In this document: one piece after another, positions 22,628-31,907 of the stretch | Numbering within the stretch: position 1 is the stretch's first letter | How the letters are laid out: the number at the start of each line of letters is the position of its first letter | NCBI RefSeq assembly: GCF_000022265.1 | Contig: NC_011979.1 | Span: 3,510,001 to 3,542,000, forward strand | Length of the DNA stretch: 32,000 nt | Reading direction: 5' to 3' | Source of the DNA: Geotalea daltonii FRC-32 | GTDB taxonomy: Bacteria; Desulfobacterota; Desulfuromonadia; Geobacterales; Geobacteraceae | The notes under the pieces: model-generated | What the model was told of the DNA's origin: nothing | Seen by the model: only the letters and a program-made list of their open reading frames with translations | Database searches by the model: none | Made by a program: the position numbers and the translations under genes

Positions 22628-23644
22628 TCAGCAGATTCGCGGCAACTGCTCACCCGTCAGCATATCAACACCTCTGATCCCACCAACTACCGTTTCCATA
22701 ACCATTTTGCCGGCAGAAGCGTCCACAACCTCGCCGATAACGGCCGCATCCAGGCCAAGGGGGTGGCGACGCATGATTGCCAACACCCTTTCCGCAGCGT
22801 CGGCAGCAACTACCGCCACAAGTTTTCCCTCATTGGCAATATGAAGAGGGTCCAGCCCAAGTATGGAACATACGCCGCTGACTGGACTTTTGACAGGCAA
22901 GGCCGCTTCCTGGAGGCTGATGGTGACATTGGATTGCAGGGCTATTTCCTTGAGGGTGGTGGCAACGCCCCCACGGGTAGGATCCCGCAGCACATGCAAA
23001 TATTCCCCTTCCGGGAGCAATTCAGCCACCAGCCCATAGAGGGCAGCAGTGTCGCTTTGGATGCCGGCTACAAGTTCAAGCCCGTACCGCGCTGCAAGCA
23101 CGGCTATGCCGTGATCGCCGATGGTGCCATTGATAATGATCTTGTCCCCTACCCTGGCGCCGCTGCCGCTAATATGCAGCTGGTGCTCAAGGATGCCGAT
23201 GCCGGAAGTGTTGATGAAGATACGATCGGCCTTGCCCCTGGGGACCACCTTGGTATCGCCGGTGACGATCGCTACCCCGGCCAGATCTGCCGCTGAACGC
23301 ATGGAGGCGAGGATGACAGAAAGATCACTCCTGCTGAAGCCTTCCTCTATGATCAGACCGACACTCATATGGAGAGGCCTCGCTCCGACCATGGCAAGAT
23401 CGTTGACGGTCCCGTTCACGGCCAGGTCGCCGATATTCCCACCGGGGAAAAAGATGGGATCGACAACATAGGAATCGGTTGTGAAAGCAAGCCTGCTCCC
23501 TTCATGATCCACAACAGCGGCGTCGTTCTGCCCCGTAAGGGAGACACCGGAGAGGGAGGGGATAATGAGCTGGTCCAGAAGCTGATGGGAGAGCTTTCCG
23601 CCACTTCCATGGCCAAGAAGAATCAAATCTCCATTCATTTTCAT
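22628..23644 (-). CDS. hypE: hydrogenase maturation protein HypE
   Basis: 338 aa with an AIR-synthase-like fold pattern and the diagnostic C-terminal PRIC. Confidence 0.95.
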   Translation of the reverse strand: MKMNGDLILLGHGSGGKLSHQLLDQLIIPSLSGVSLTGQNDAAVVDHEGSRLAFTTDSYVVDPIFFPGGNIGDLAVNGTVNDLAMVGARPLHMSVGLIIEEGFSRSDLSVILASMRSAADLAGVAIVTGDTKVVPRGKADRIFINTSGIGILEHQLHISGSGARVGDKIIINGTIGDHGIAVLAARYGLELVAGIQSDTAALYGLVAELLPEGEYLHVLRDPTRGGVATTLKEIALQSNVTISLQEAALPVKSPVSGVCSILGLDPLHIANEGKLVAVVAADAAERVLAIMRRHPLGLDAAVIGEVVDASAGKMVMETVVGGIRGVDMLTGEQLPRIC

Positions 23645-23718
23645 CCTCTTATGGATGCCGCTTTTGCGCCCCGGCTGCGTAGGTCTTATTGCCCGAACAC
23701 ATGGATATGCAGCATTTC

Positions 23719-24804
23719 TTAATGGTTATAATACGCGGCGCAGCTGCCTTCGGAGGAGACCATACACGGCCCTACCGGACCTTCCGGGGTACACTGCATG
23801 CCGAAAAGAGGACAATCGAAGGGTTGAATTTTCCCTTTCAAGACATCGCCGCACCTGCAACCCTTTTGCTCCTCCTGCTCCTCTACCTTGACTGGAAGCA
23901 CCTTCTCAGCGTCGAACCGGGCATAGCTTCTTCTGATCTTCAGCCCACTGCCGGGGATGATGCCGATGCCGCGCCAATGGCAATCACAGGGAGTAAATAC
24001 CTGTGACATGACTTCCCTGGCCTTGCTGTTCCCGTCCCGTTTCACCACCCGGCGGTATTGGTTCTCCACATTCGCCTCCCCGGCAATCTTCTGCCGGATC
24101 AGCATCTCCACCCCCTGCATGATATCCGCCGGTTCGAAACCGGTCACCACGCAGGGGATATGGTGTCTTTCCGCAAGTGGGAGGTAGGCATCGGTACCGA
24201 TGACGGCGCTCACATGGGCCGGGCAGATAAAGCCATGGATTGCCGCAGCCGGTTCCGCCGCCAGCATTTCCATGGCTTTAGGCATTGTTTTGTGGCCGGC
24301 CAGGACTAGATAGTTATCCAGCTTTTGCCTGGCTGCCATAAGAATACTGGCGGCAACGGCCGGTGCCGTGGCCTCGAATCCGATGCCTGGAAAAATGATC
24401 TTTCTGTCCGGGTTCCGTGCCGCCAGTGCAACCCCATCCAGAGGCGAGTTGACGATCCTGATATCCGCACCACTGGCCCGTTCCTCCATGAGAGAACTGG
24501 ATGAACCAGGCACCCGCATCATATCGCCGAAGGTGGCGATAATGACATCGGGAAGCCTGCTCAGGGCGATGGCGCGATCCAGATAGTGGTTTGGAGTGAC
24601 GCAAACAGGGCAGCCGGGGCCGGAAATAAGCCTCACCTTCGGCGGGAGAAGAGACCTGATGCCGAACCGGCTGATGGCCATAGTATGGGTACCGCAGACC
24701 TCCATCAAGGTCAGAGGCACTTCCAGGCCGGCAGTCAGCGCCTCGATGCGCTCGGCATAGCCATTGACAATCTCTTTATCACCAAAAAGTTTAACGTAGT
24801 TCAT
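23719..24804 (-). CDS. hypD: hydrogenase maturation protein HypD
   Basis: GPGCPVCV motif and C-terminal Cys cluster (CRCGDVL..., GPCMVSSEGSCAAYY). Confidence 0.95.
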   Translation of the reverse strand: MNYVKLFGDKEIVNGYAERIEALTAGLEVPLTLMEVCGTHTMAISRFGIRSLLPPKVRLISGPGCPVCVTPNHYLDRAIALSRLPDVIIATFGDMMRVPGSSSSLMEERASGADIRIVNSPLDGVALAARNPDRKIIFPGIGFEATAPAVAASILMAARQKLDNYLVLAGHKTMPKAMEMLAAEPAAAIHGFICPAHVSAVIGTDAYLPLAERHHIPCVVTGFEPADIMQGVEMLIRQKIAGEANVENQYRRVVKRDGNSKAREVMSQVFTPCDCHWRGIGIIPGSGLKIRRSYARFDAEKVLPVKVEEQEEQKGCRCGDVLKGKIQPFDCPLFGMQCTPEGPVGPCMVSSEGSCAAYYNH

Positions 24805-24842
24805 CCAAGTCCATTCCGAAAAGAGCCGGCGGAGGCTCTGGC

Positions 24843-25073
24843 TTACCCCATAGCATCGGACGAAAGAACCTCACGCATCAGGGCCAGGGTTTCCCGGGCG
24901 ACTTCTTCATCCAGCCTGGAGATGGCGAAGCCCGCATGGACGATGACAAAATCCCCCACCTGCACTTCATCGCCCAGAAGCATCAGGCTCGCTTCCCGCC
25001 TGACGCCGTCGATTTCGGTAATGGCCGTATCGTTATCGATGCTGATGATCCGCATCGGCACAGCTACACACAT
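24843..25073 (-). CDS. hypC: hydrogenase maturation chaperone HypC
   Basis: 76 aa, with the N-terminal MCVAVP (essential Cys2). Confidence 0.9.
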   Translation of the reverse strand: MCVAVPMRIISIDNDTAITEIDGVRREASLMLLGDEVQVGDFVIVHAGFAISRLDEEVARETLALMREVLSSDAMG

Positions 25074-27340
25074 GCGTCGCTCCTTCCGGCAATGACCGCC
25101 TGGCCCAGGGCAAGCCCGCCGTCATTGGGGGGGACCAGCCGGTGGCTGAAGACCAGGAAGCCCTTTGCCACTAGACGGTCATGGACCTCCCCTGACAGGA
25201 GCTTGTTCTGGAAAACCCCACCTGACAGAACCACACGGTTCACACCATGGGCTTTGCCTGCCTTGACGCAGATATCGGCTGTGGCTGCGGCCACAGCCTT
25301 ATGGAAACGAAGCGCCATGTTGGCACCGGCTTCACCGGCAAGCAGGTCGTTGACCAGGCCGTCGATGATGTAGCGGCAATCCAGGGTGAATTTTTCATCT
25401 GTAGCAACGATGGCGTAGGGATAATGCCATTCCGTTGAACCTTTTTCGGCCAGGGCCTCAAGTTCAATGGCGGCCTGCCCTTCATAGGACACATTGCTGC
25501 GTAAGCCGATGAGAGCCGCCGCCCCATCGAAAAGCCTGCCGCAACTGGATGTGAGGGGTGAGTTCAGGCCTTGTTCCAGCATTCGCTGCAAAAGTCTCTT
25601 ATCCCCATCTGCCAGGACCGAAAAGACGGGAAGCTTGAGAGAAAAAGCATCGCTGCCGAAAACGGCATGGCAGTGGGATAGGGCCATCCGCCATGGCTCC
25701 CGCACCGCTGCGTCACCTCCGGGAAGAGGAACCTGGGAAAAATGGCCGACTCGCCTGAAATTGCGGTAATCGCCCAAAAGGAATTCCCCTCCCCAGATGG
25801 TGCCGTCCGGTCCATAACCGGTGCCATCGAACACAACCCCCAGGACAACTCCCTCCAGACCGTTTTCCGCCATGCAGGCGGCCATATGGGCATGGTGGTG
25901 CTGCACCGGCACCAGTAGCTGGCTAGAGGCCTGAGCATAGGCGGTGGACTGATAGTCGGGATGGAGGTCGTGGGCGACAACCTTCGGGTTGACCGAAAGG
26001 ACCTGCCTCAGGTGGGAAACAGTCTGGTCAAGGAACTGCAGATTAGGCTCGTTTTTCAGGTCCCCCAGGTGCTGACTCATGAAGGCATGGTCGCCACGGG
26101 TCAGACAAATGGCCCCCTTCAGCTCGGCTCCCACCGCAAGTACCTGCTTCTGTGCCTCGTGCAACCGAATGCTTCTGGGCACATAGCCCCGGGAGCGGCG
26201 CAAAAAGATAGGTTTGCCCTGAAAAACCCGGATCACCGAATCGTCGTTACGACAATGCACCCGCCGGTCATGGCCAAGAAAATAATCGGCAATGCCTGCG
26301 AGAGACTCCACCGCCTCCCTGTCCCGGTACGCCACCGGCTCATCCGAGACATTTCCCGAGGTCATGACCAGGGCGATGAAATCGCGAAGCAAAAGGTGAT
26401 GAAGGGGGGTTGATGCCAGCATCAGCCCGAGATAGTCATTGGCAGGGGCAACCTGGGGAGCAATCCCGTTTCCCTCACGCTTGCACAGAAGGACGATGGG
26501 TTTTTCCGGCCCGGCCAGCAGGCGCTCCTCAATGGGGTCCAGGCGGGCGAGGACACCGGCCTGCGTCAGGTCCCTCACCATAAGGGCAAAGGGCTTCTCA
26601 TTGCGTTTTTTCCGGTGCCGCAGCTCGGCAACGGCTGGGCCGTTAAAGGGGTCCACAGCCAGGTGGTAACCGCCGGTCCCCTTTACGGCAACGATCTTGC
26701 CCGATTTCAAAAGACGAATGGCCTCTGCGACAGGATCACCAGCAACTTTCTCACCAGTCGCAGTGATTAGGTACAGCCTGGGGCCGCAAACCGGACAGGC
26801 ATTGGGCTGGGCGTGAAACCGCCTGTCTGCCGGATTCTCATACTCGGCACGGCAGTCGTCGCACATGGGGAAATCTGCCATGGTGGTTGCCTGGCGGTCG
26901 TAGGGAACACCGGTGATGATGGAATAGCGGGGACCGCAGTTGGTACAATTGATGAAGGGATATTGATAGCGGCGGTCGCCGGGATCGAACAGCTCCGCCA
27001 GACAATCGGGACATACGTCACAGTCGGGTGAAATCTGCAGTTCACCTCCGCCGGAGCTGCTGGGCAGAATGGAGAAATCGCGGCTGTCTTCGGTTGCAAT
27101 AATACTTCTAATGATCGAGGTAATGGCAGCAAGTGGTGGAGCATCATCGTTCAGGGCCGAATAAAAGAGATCCAGCTGCTGGTTGCTTCCTTCAGCCTCA
27201 AGCAATACTCCACGGGAGGTATTTCTCACCCACCCGGTCAGCTGGTGCCGCCGGGCCAGGCGGTAAACGAAGGGGCGAAATCCCACCCCCTGAACAATGC
27301 CTTCCACCTGGACCCTGATCCGCTCCTGCCCCATCATCAC
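25064..27340 (-). CDS. hypF: carbamoyltransferase HypF
   Basis: 758 aa with an acylphosphatase-like N-terminus (VEGIVQGVGFRPFVYRLA), two CxxC-x18-CxxC zinc fingers, and YrdC-like and Kae1-like regions. Confidence 0.95.
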   Translation of the reverse strand: MMMGQERIRVQVEGIVQGVGFRPFVYRLARRHQLTGWVRNTSRGVLLEAEGSNQQLDLFYSALNDDAPPLAAITSIIRSIIATEDSRDFSILPSSSGGGELQISPDCDVCPDCLAELFDPGDRRYQYPFINCTNCGPRYSIITGVPYDRQATTMADFPMCDDCRAEYENPADRRFHAQPNACPVCGPRLYLITATGEKVAGDPVAEAIRLLKSGKIVAVKGTGGYHLAVDPFNGPAVAELRHRKKRNEKPFALMVRDLTQAGVLARLDPIEERLLAGPEKPIVLLCKREGNGIAPQVAPANDYLGLMLASTPLHHLLLRDFIALVMTSGNVSDEPVAYRDREAVESLAGIADYFLGHDRRVHCRNDDSVIRVFQGKPIFLRRSRGYVPRSIRLHEAQKQVLAVGAELKGAICLTRGDHAFMSQHLGDLKNEPNLQFLDQTVSHLRQVLSVNPKVVAHDLHPDYQSTAYAQASSQLLVPVQHHHAHMAACMAENGLEGVVLGVVFDGTGYGPDGTIWGGEFLLGDYRNFRRVGHFSQVPLPGGDAAVREPWRMALSHCHAVFGSDAFSLKLPVFSVLADGDKRLLQRMLEQGLNSPLTSSCGRLFDGAAALIGLRSNVSYEGQAAIELEALAEKGSTEWHYPYAIVATDEKFTLDCRYIIDGLVNDLLAGEAGANMALRFHKAVAAATADICVKAGKAHGVNRVVLSGGVFQNKLLSGEVHDRLVAKGFLVFSHRLVPPNDGGLALGQAVIAGRSDACV

Positions 27341-27343
27341 CCC

Positions 27344-28060
27344 TCACCCCTCGCTCTTCACAGACAATTCCCACAGCCACCGGTACCAGGCATCCATCCC
27401 CTCCCCGCTTTTGCCGGAAACCTCCAGGATAGCCATGGCCGGATTGATGCTGCGGACCATCTCCTTGCACTTCTCCACATTGAAGTCCAAATGGGGCAGC
27501 AGATCGATCTTGTTGAGCAGCACCACCTGGGCGGCGCGGAATATCTGCGGATATTTGAGCGGCTTGTCTTCCCCTTCGGTGACACTGAGGACGACGACCT
27601 TATGGTGTTCCCCAAGATCGAATGCACCGGGGCAGACAAGATTACCCACGTTCTCGATGAAGAGCAGATCCAGTTTTTCCAGGTCGAAGGCCTTCAGGGC
27701 CAGGCAGACCATCTGGGCATCGAGATGGCAGCCGGCCCCGGTATTTACCTGCTCCACCGGCACACCGGTGGCAGCTATCCGCACCGCGTCATTGTCTGTC
27801 TGTTGATCCCCTTCAATGACGGCACAACGGAGGGTCACCATGTTCTTAAGGGTCTGCTCCAGGATGGTCGTCTTGCCGGAGCCGGGGGACCCGAGCAGAT
27901 TGAGGGTAAAGATGTTTCTGCCGATGAAGAGCTGACGGTTTGATTTGGCAAACCGGTTGTTTTTGGCGAGAATATCCGTCTCAATGGAGATCACTTGTGC
28001 ATCGGACCGGGAATTACTATGGTGATGGTCATGCTCGCCACAGCCGCAGGTAATACACAT
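27344..28060 (-). CDS. hypB: nickel-inserting GTPase HypB
   Basis: N-terminal MCITCGCGEHDHHHS metal site, P-loop GSPGSGKTT and ENVGNLVCP. Confidence 0.95.
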   Translation of the reverse strand: MCITCGCGEHDHHHSNSRSDAQVISIETDILAKNNRFAKSNRQLFIGRNIFTLNLLGSPGSGKTTILEQTLKNMVTLRCAVIEGDQQTDNDAVRIAATGVPVEQVNTGAGCHLDAQMVCLALKAFDLEKLDLLFIENVGNLVCPGAFDLGEHHKVVVLSVTEGEDKPLKYPQIFRAAQVVLLNKIDLLPHLDFNVEKCKEMVRSINPAMAILEVSGKSGEGMDAWYRWLWELSVKSEG

Positions 28061-28233
28061 GAATTGTTTGTCCTCCGGCTGTAACTCCGCTTCTGCAAAG
28101 GATGCAACAGGATTGAATCTTCAGGTAAGCTATAACACCAAATCGGCAAAGGTCAAGGCAGCGAGGCTTGATCATCGGCATTTGCAGTACCCGCTACGCC
28201 CATGGAAAGTCTTTCAAGTTCTGCACGCAACCC

Positions 28234-28263
28234 TTGACTTGTAAATCTTATCTGCGGTATTTT
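28234..28263 (+). promoter_or_regulatory. candidate sigma70 promoter for the riboswitch-led transcript
   Basis: TTGACT (28234-28239), an 18-nt spacer and TATTTT (28258-28263). Confidence 0.35.
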
Positions 28264-28280
28264 TGTTCTGCAAAAACGAA

Positions 28281-28366
28281 GCAGGATAGACGACAATACT
28301 AAACCATTCGCAAGGGTGGGACGGAAAGCCTACAGGGTCTTACTGAGACAGCCGGGACGCCGAAAT
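28281..28366 (+). promoter_or_regulatory. GEMM-I class cyclic-dinucleotide riboswitch aptamer (c-di-GMP or 3',3'-cGAMP)
   Basis: AAACCATTCGCAAGGGTGGGACGGAAAGCCT differs at only 3 of 31 positions from the Vc2 GEMM-I segment as I remember it (AAACCAUUCGAAAGAGUGGGACGCAAAGCCU). It includes a GNRA-capped hairpin CCATTC-GCAA-GGGTGG. Downstream, GGGTCT...GACAGCCGGG..GCCGAA matches the conserved 3' half. Confidence 0.65.
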
Positions 28367-28399
28367 ATCTCTCTGGATATTGAAGCCCCGGCTTTTTTT
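28350..28399 (+). terminator. riboswitch expression-platform terminator
   Basis: AGCCGGG (28350-28356, part of the conserved aptamer 3' strand) pairs with CCCGGCT (28387-28393). There is an inner ATATC/GATAT hairpin, then a run of 7 T (28393-28399). Confidence 0.6.
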
Positions 28400-28440
28400 A
28401 TGCCATGGGCCAACATGAATCAAGGAGAAGGAGAAAGCTT

Positions 28441-29271
28441 ATGAGATTGGTGGCATGGTTTACGGCGATGGTACTGGTAGGTACTCTGAACGGTTGCGGA
28501 AGCGGCAGTGGCGATAGTGGAACAAACATCGCCGCCCAGACCGGCAACGGAGGCTCATTCGCAAGTGAAAACGGATCAACGGTAACAACCGGCCCCGGCA
28601 CCGCCAGTCCGGCCAATACGCAAGAAGGAACTGCCACGGCTACACCGACAACAAATACCCCCTCCAGTGATACATCGGCACCAATTTCCACGGAAACCAT
28701 CAATCCGACCACTGTTCCTGATACAACGGCTTCAACCGCAACAATGCCAAACACCGTACCTACCGCGCCTGCTCCAGCTCAAACAACGACAACAACCACT
28801 GAGCCAACAAGCGCCAACCCTGCTCCGGCCTCCTCTTCAACCGGTTCTGCCATGCAGGCAGCAATGGTGGCTGCCATCAATAAGGCCCGCCTGTCGGGAA
28901 TGACCTGCGGCACCACCTATTATGGGCCCACTACTGCCATCACCTGGAATGATCAGATAGGCTCTGCAGCGTCCAGACATTCAAATGACATGGCCGCCAG
29001 GGACTTTTTCAGTCATACGGGGAGTGATGGGAGTTCTGCAGGAGACAGGTTAACACAGGCGGGATATATCTGGAGCACCTATGGGGAGAACATTGCCGTA
29101 GGCTATTCCACACCGGCGGCAGTGGTACAGGCATGGCTCAACAGTGAGGGGCACTGCAGGAACATCATGAATCCGGCATATCTGGAAATAGGCGCCGGAG
29201 CTGCAACCGGCACCTACAGGGGTGTTCCCGCAATGGATTACTGGACGCTGGATCTGGGTAAAAAAAGATGA
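28441..29271 (+). CDS. CAP/SCP/PR-1 domain lipoprotein with Thr/Pro-rich linker
   Basis: The start at 28441 (MRLVAWFTAMVLVGTLNG|CGSG lipobox) is preceded by GGAGAAGGAGA. The track start at 28405 would overlap the terminator. A T/P/S/A low-complexity linker of about 90 aa is followed by a CAP domain (AINKARL..., HSNDMAARDFFSHTGSDGSS, GENIAVGY, WLNSEGHCRNIM). Confidence 0.8.
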   Translation: MRLVAWFTAMVLVGTLNGCGSGSGDSGTNIAAQTGNGGSFASENGSTVTTGPGTASPANTQEGTATATPTTNTPSSDTSAPISTETINPTTVPDTTASTATMPNTVPTAPAPAQTTTTTTEPTSANPAPASSSTGSAMQAAMVAAINKARLSGMTCGTTYYGPTTAITWNDQIGSAASRHSNDMAARDFFSHTGSDGSSAGDRLTQAGYIWSTYGENIAVGYSTPAAVVQAWLNSEGHCRNIMNPAYLEIGAGAATGTYRGVPAMDYWTLDLGKKR

Positions 29272-29287
29272 TTCAAAGGGTCTGTCT

Positions 29288-29620
29288 TCAAACTACCGTC
29301 AACCCCTTGACCCGAAGCTCCTCCCCGGTTATGAGATCCATGCCCACGCCACCGCAGGCAGGGCACGGATCGTAACAGGCCTTGACGGGAAATTCGGAAT
29401 TGCACTGACGGCAACGCCCACTGGCCGGCACATGCTCGATCAGCAGCAGGGCGTTTTCCAATAAAGTGCCTCTGGTGCAGGCATCAAAACAGAACCGGAT
29501 TGATTCCGTAGCGACACCGGACAGCGCTCCTATTTCGATGGTGACGGAGCAGACGCGACGGCCGCCGGCATTTTCCGTGCAAATATCGACCACACTCCGG
29601 GCAATGGACAGTTCGTGCAC
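29288..29620 (-). CDS. hypA: hydrogenase nickel-insertion protein HypA
   Basis: GTG at 29620 gives (M)HELSIARSVVD..., the canonical MHE N-terminus, plus CRQC...CPAC zinc-site motifs. The 30-codon upstream extension in the track ORF (to 29710) has no HypA counterpart. Confidence 0.85.
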   Translation of the reverse strand: MHELSIARSVVDICTENAGGRRVCSVTIEIGALSGVATESIRFCFDACTRGTLLENALLLIEHVPASGRCRQCNSEFPVKACYDPCPACGGVGMDLITGEELRVKGLTVV

Positions 29621-29685
29621 GATTCCCCCCCCGGTAAATGGTACCATCTCCATGGAATTATTCATGACCGGCGGCCAAGGATGCA

Positions 29686-29727
29686 TAAAAATGGGACAGG
29701 AGATATGCATATACTTTCTCCTGCCCC
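29686..29727 (-). terminator. intrinsic terminator after the LPP20-like gene
   Basis: On the minus strand, ggggcaggaga...tctcctgtccc (10 of 11 bp) is followed by AUUUUUA. Confidence 0.55.
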
Positions 29728-29746
29728 TATTCTGACGACGTTTAGC

Positions 29747-30682
29747 CTACTTCAAAACAAAAGCGACCTTGGCGGCAGCAAGGAAATCCCCCTTGCGGTT
29801 TGCCGAGTAGACAGTAACCGCATCATCATCGGACAGTTGCAGGTCTGAACTGTTTGCCGAACCTGAAGCCTTCACTATCAGCGGGTTCTTCACATTGCGC
29901 GATGCAAGGGCCGCCTTGGCCTTTTCAATGCTGTTGGTGTACTCGCCGCAGCCCTGATCCACCAGCACCTTCTGGCTTACCTTTGCCGGGTCGTAGATGA
30001 CCTCGCCATTGGCAGCAAAGATACGGTTGATGAGGGCTGGACGGAAATCCTGCTCAGTGGCATCGATGATCAGTCCATCATAGGCTTCGTCAAGCTTTAC
30101 AGGATCGGCCTTGAAGGTCGGTTTGTCAGTGGCGAATTCCTTTTTCAGCTTCGGGTCCTTGTTCAGTTTCTCGTAAAAAGCAGTGGCAAAACCCTTTGCC
30201 CCATGCATGCCGATCTTGATGATGGCTATGGCGGTATCCTTTTCCTGGCTGTACTCCTGGAACACCACCTGGCTTCCTTTGACGAAAGAGGAAACCGCCG
30301 ACCTGATAACGTCATATTCGGCCATGCCGTCCTTGACCAGGGTGTCGCCGACTATGGCAAAACCTTGCAGATATTCCGCCAGAGCCCGTTGCGCAGTAAC
30401 CACAGCCGCCCGCTTTGCCATCAGCTCGCGCTGGGCCGGAGTCTTGTGGTTGGGGTTGCCTATGGCTTCGCCGTAAAAAAGGATCGCTTCCTGGCTGAAG
30501 GCGGCGTTATCGTCCCGGGCCCCGGCAGTGCCACCGGTGAGGGTAAGATTGCGCCCACTCAACCAGGTCTTGGTTTTGGTAAAGGTATCATCCACCTGCA
30601 CCAGGTTTTGGTTTTCGTCTTCGGCAAAGGCAGGCCGGGCAAGCCCTGCCAGCAACATGGTCATCAAGATCAGCCTTTTCAT
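29747..30682 (-). CDS. secreted LPP20-like domain protein
   Basis: Signal peptide (MKRLILMTMLLAGLARPAFA). The AQRELMAKRAAVVTAQRALAEYLQG... segment resembles the LPP20 lipoprotein family. Confidence 0.55.
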   Translation of the reverse strand: MKRLILMTMLLAGLARPAFAEDENQNLVQVDDTFTKTKTWLSGRNLTLTGGTAGARDDNAAFSQEAILFYGEAIGNPNHKTPAQRELMAKRAAVVTAQRALAEYLQGFAIVGDTLVKDGMAEYDVIRSAVSSFVKGSQVVFQEYSQEKDTAIAIIKIGMHGAKGFATAFYEKLNKDPKLKKEFATDKPTFKADPVKLDEAYDGLIIDATEQDFRPALINRIFAANGEVIYDPAKVSQKVLVDQGCGEYTNSIEKAKAALASRNVKNPLIVKASGSANSSDLQLSDDDAVTVYSANRKGDFLAAAKVAFVLK

Positions 30683-30695
30683 ATCTCTCTCCCTC

Positions 30696-31907
30696 TCAGC
30701 GGATGTTTATTTTCTGTTTCAGTACCCGCACGGCCAACAGTGCCTCGGCGCCGTCGACAGGTTCATTGATGCGGAATTCACCGGAGAGTTCACCCTCCAT
30801 GATGGCACGGGTGGTCATGTTCATCACCGCATTAAAGAACGGAGACGTGCTGCGCACATCGGGAAATGGCGATTGTTCCTGTCCGAAGTAGGCAGTGGCA
30901 AGTTTTTCATCTCCGGTCAGTTTGATCAGCACATCCTCCAGGATGAATGCCATTTCCCCCCTGGTAACCGCTTCTGCCGGTTTGAACAAATAGGCTTTGG
31001 TCGTTTCATCGAATCTGGGCTCCAGGCCCCGTACTTTCCACTTCAACAGGGTCAGGATTTCATCCTTGAACTGGTGATCGGCGATGTCTGCCGGCGTGAA
31101 TTCCGCTTTGAGATGCTTTCCCTGTGAGGCTGCAGATAGCCTGCCGGCCATCAGCTTGTCCATCTTCATCTCATCCATGAGAAGCGCCGCCAGATCGCCG
31201 CGGCTTACCGAATCCTTCACCGCAATTTTTTTGCCCACATCTCCTATGGTAAGCCCTGACATGGCACGAACAGTCCTGTCCGTCTTCTTCCATCCCCGGT
31301 CAGCCTTGTCGTGCCACTTCCCTTCCCGCCTGGCATTCAGCACATCGGCAAATTTATCCCTGGCCTTCCGGAATTCCAGCGCCTGAAGGTAAGCAAGCCC
31401 CATGAAGTAGTCAGCAGCTTCCTTCCCCTGGTAATAAACCAGTTTCTGCTCGTCAAGCTTGAGGGCCGCCGCATCCCCGAACGCCCCTTCGGTCTCCTTC
31501 AGCCAGCCTTTTTCCTTCAGGATTGTATTGTCGCGCATGACGGCCAGGTAGTAATCGAACTGCTCTTCCGTGGTATCGGCGTATTTATCTGCCCGATCAA
31601 GAAAATCTCGGGAACGTCCTACCTCCACTGTCCGGAAGGCGTCATCGCCCTGGGTGCGGCTTTTCTCGGCAGCCACGATGGAATTGCCGGCGTATGCCGG
31701 AGAGTATTTTTCATTGCAGTAGAGGGCGCGGTCGAATTTCTCCCGGGCTGCAGTGATATCACTCTTCTCCAGAGCCTCCATGCCACGCAAGTAATGGTGC
31801 TCAGGGTTGTCTTCAGCCGTGGTACAGCGCACCTGGGGCCCGGAGCAGGCAGACAGGACACCCGCTGTTATCCCTGCCAAAAGCATAGACAGCAACTTTT
31901 CTTTCAT
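30696..31907 (-). CDS. lipoprotein with TPR-like N-terminal region and two SLH-like C-terminal repeats
   Basis: The start at 31907 (MKEKLLSMLLAGITAGVLSA|C lipobox) is preceded by AAAGGAGGAGG. SLH-like repeats: FTPADIADHQFKDEILTLL...AVTRGEMAFIL and FPDVRSTSPFFNAVMNM...VDGAEALLAV. Confidence 0.6.
   Translation of the reverse strand: MKEKLLSMLLAGITAGVLSACSGPQVRCTTAEDNPEHHYLRGMEALEKSDITAAREKFDRALYCNEKYSPAYAGNSIVAAEKSRTQGDDAFRTVEVGRSRDFLDRADKYADTTEEQFDYYLAVMRDNTILKEKGWLKETEGAFGDAAALKLDEQKLVYYQGKEAADYFMGLAYLQALEFRKARDKFADVLNARREGKWHDKADRGWKKTDRTVRAMSGLTIGDVGKKIAVKDSVSRGDLAALLMDEMKMDKLMAGRLSAASQGKHLKAEFTPADIADHQFKDEILTLLKWKVRGLEPRFDETTKAYLFKPAEAVTRGEMAFILEDVLIKLTGDEKLATAYFGQEQSPFPDVRSTSPFFNAVMNMTTRAIMEGELSGEFRINEPVDGAEALLAVRVLKQKINIR

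Noticed and set aside
28405-28440. Longer start for the CAP lipoprotein (MGQHESRRRRKL...)
   Set aside because: It would begin only 5 nt after the riboswitch terminator T-tract (28393-28399) and lacks an SD. The ATG at 28441 has GGAGAAGGAGA upstream and yields a canonical lipoprotein signal peptide.
29621-29710. 30-codon N-terminal extension of hypA
   Set aside because: HypA proteins begin with MHE. A GTG at 29620 gives exactly this N-terminus, and the extension has no counterpart and no SD.
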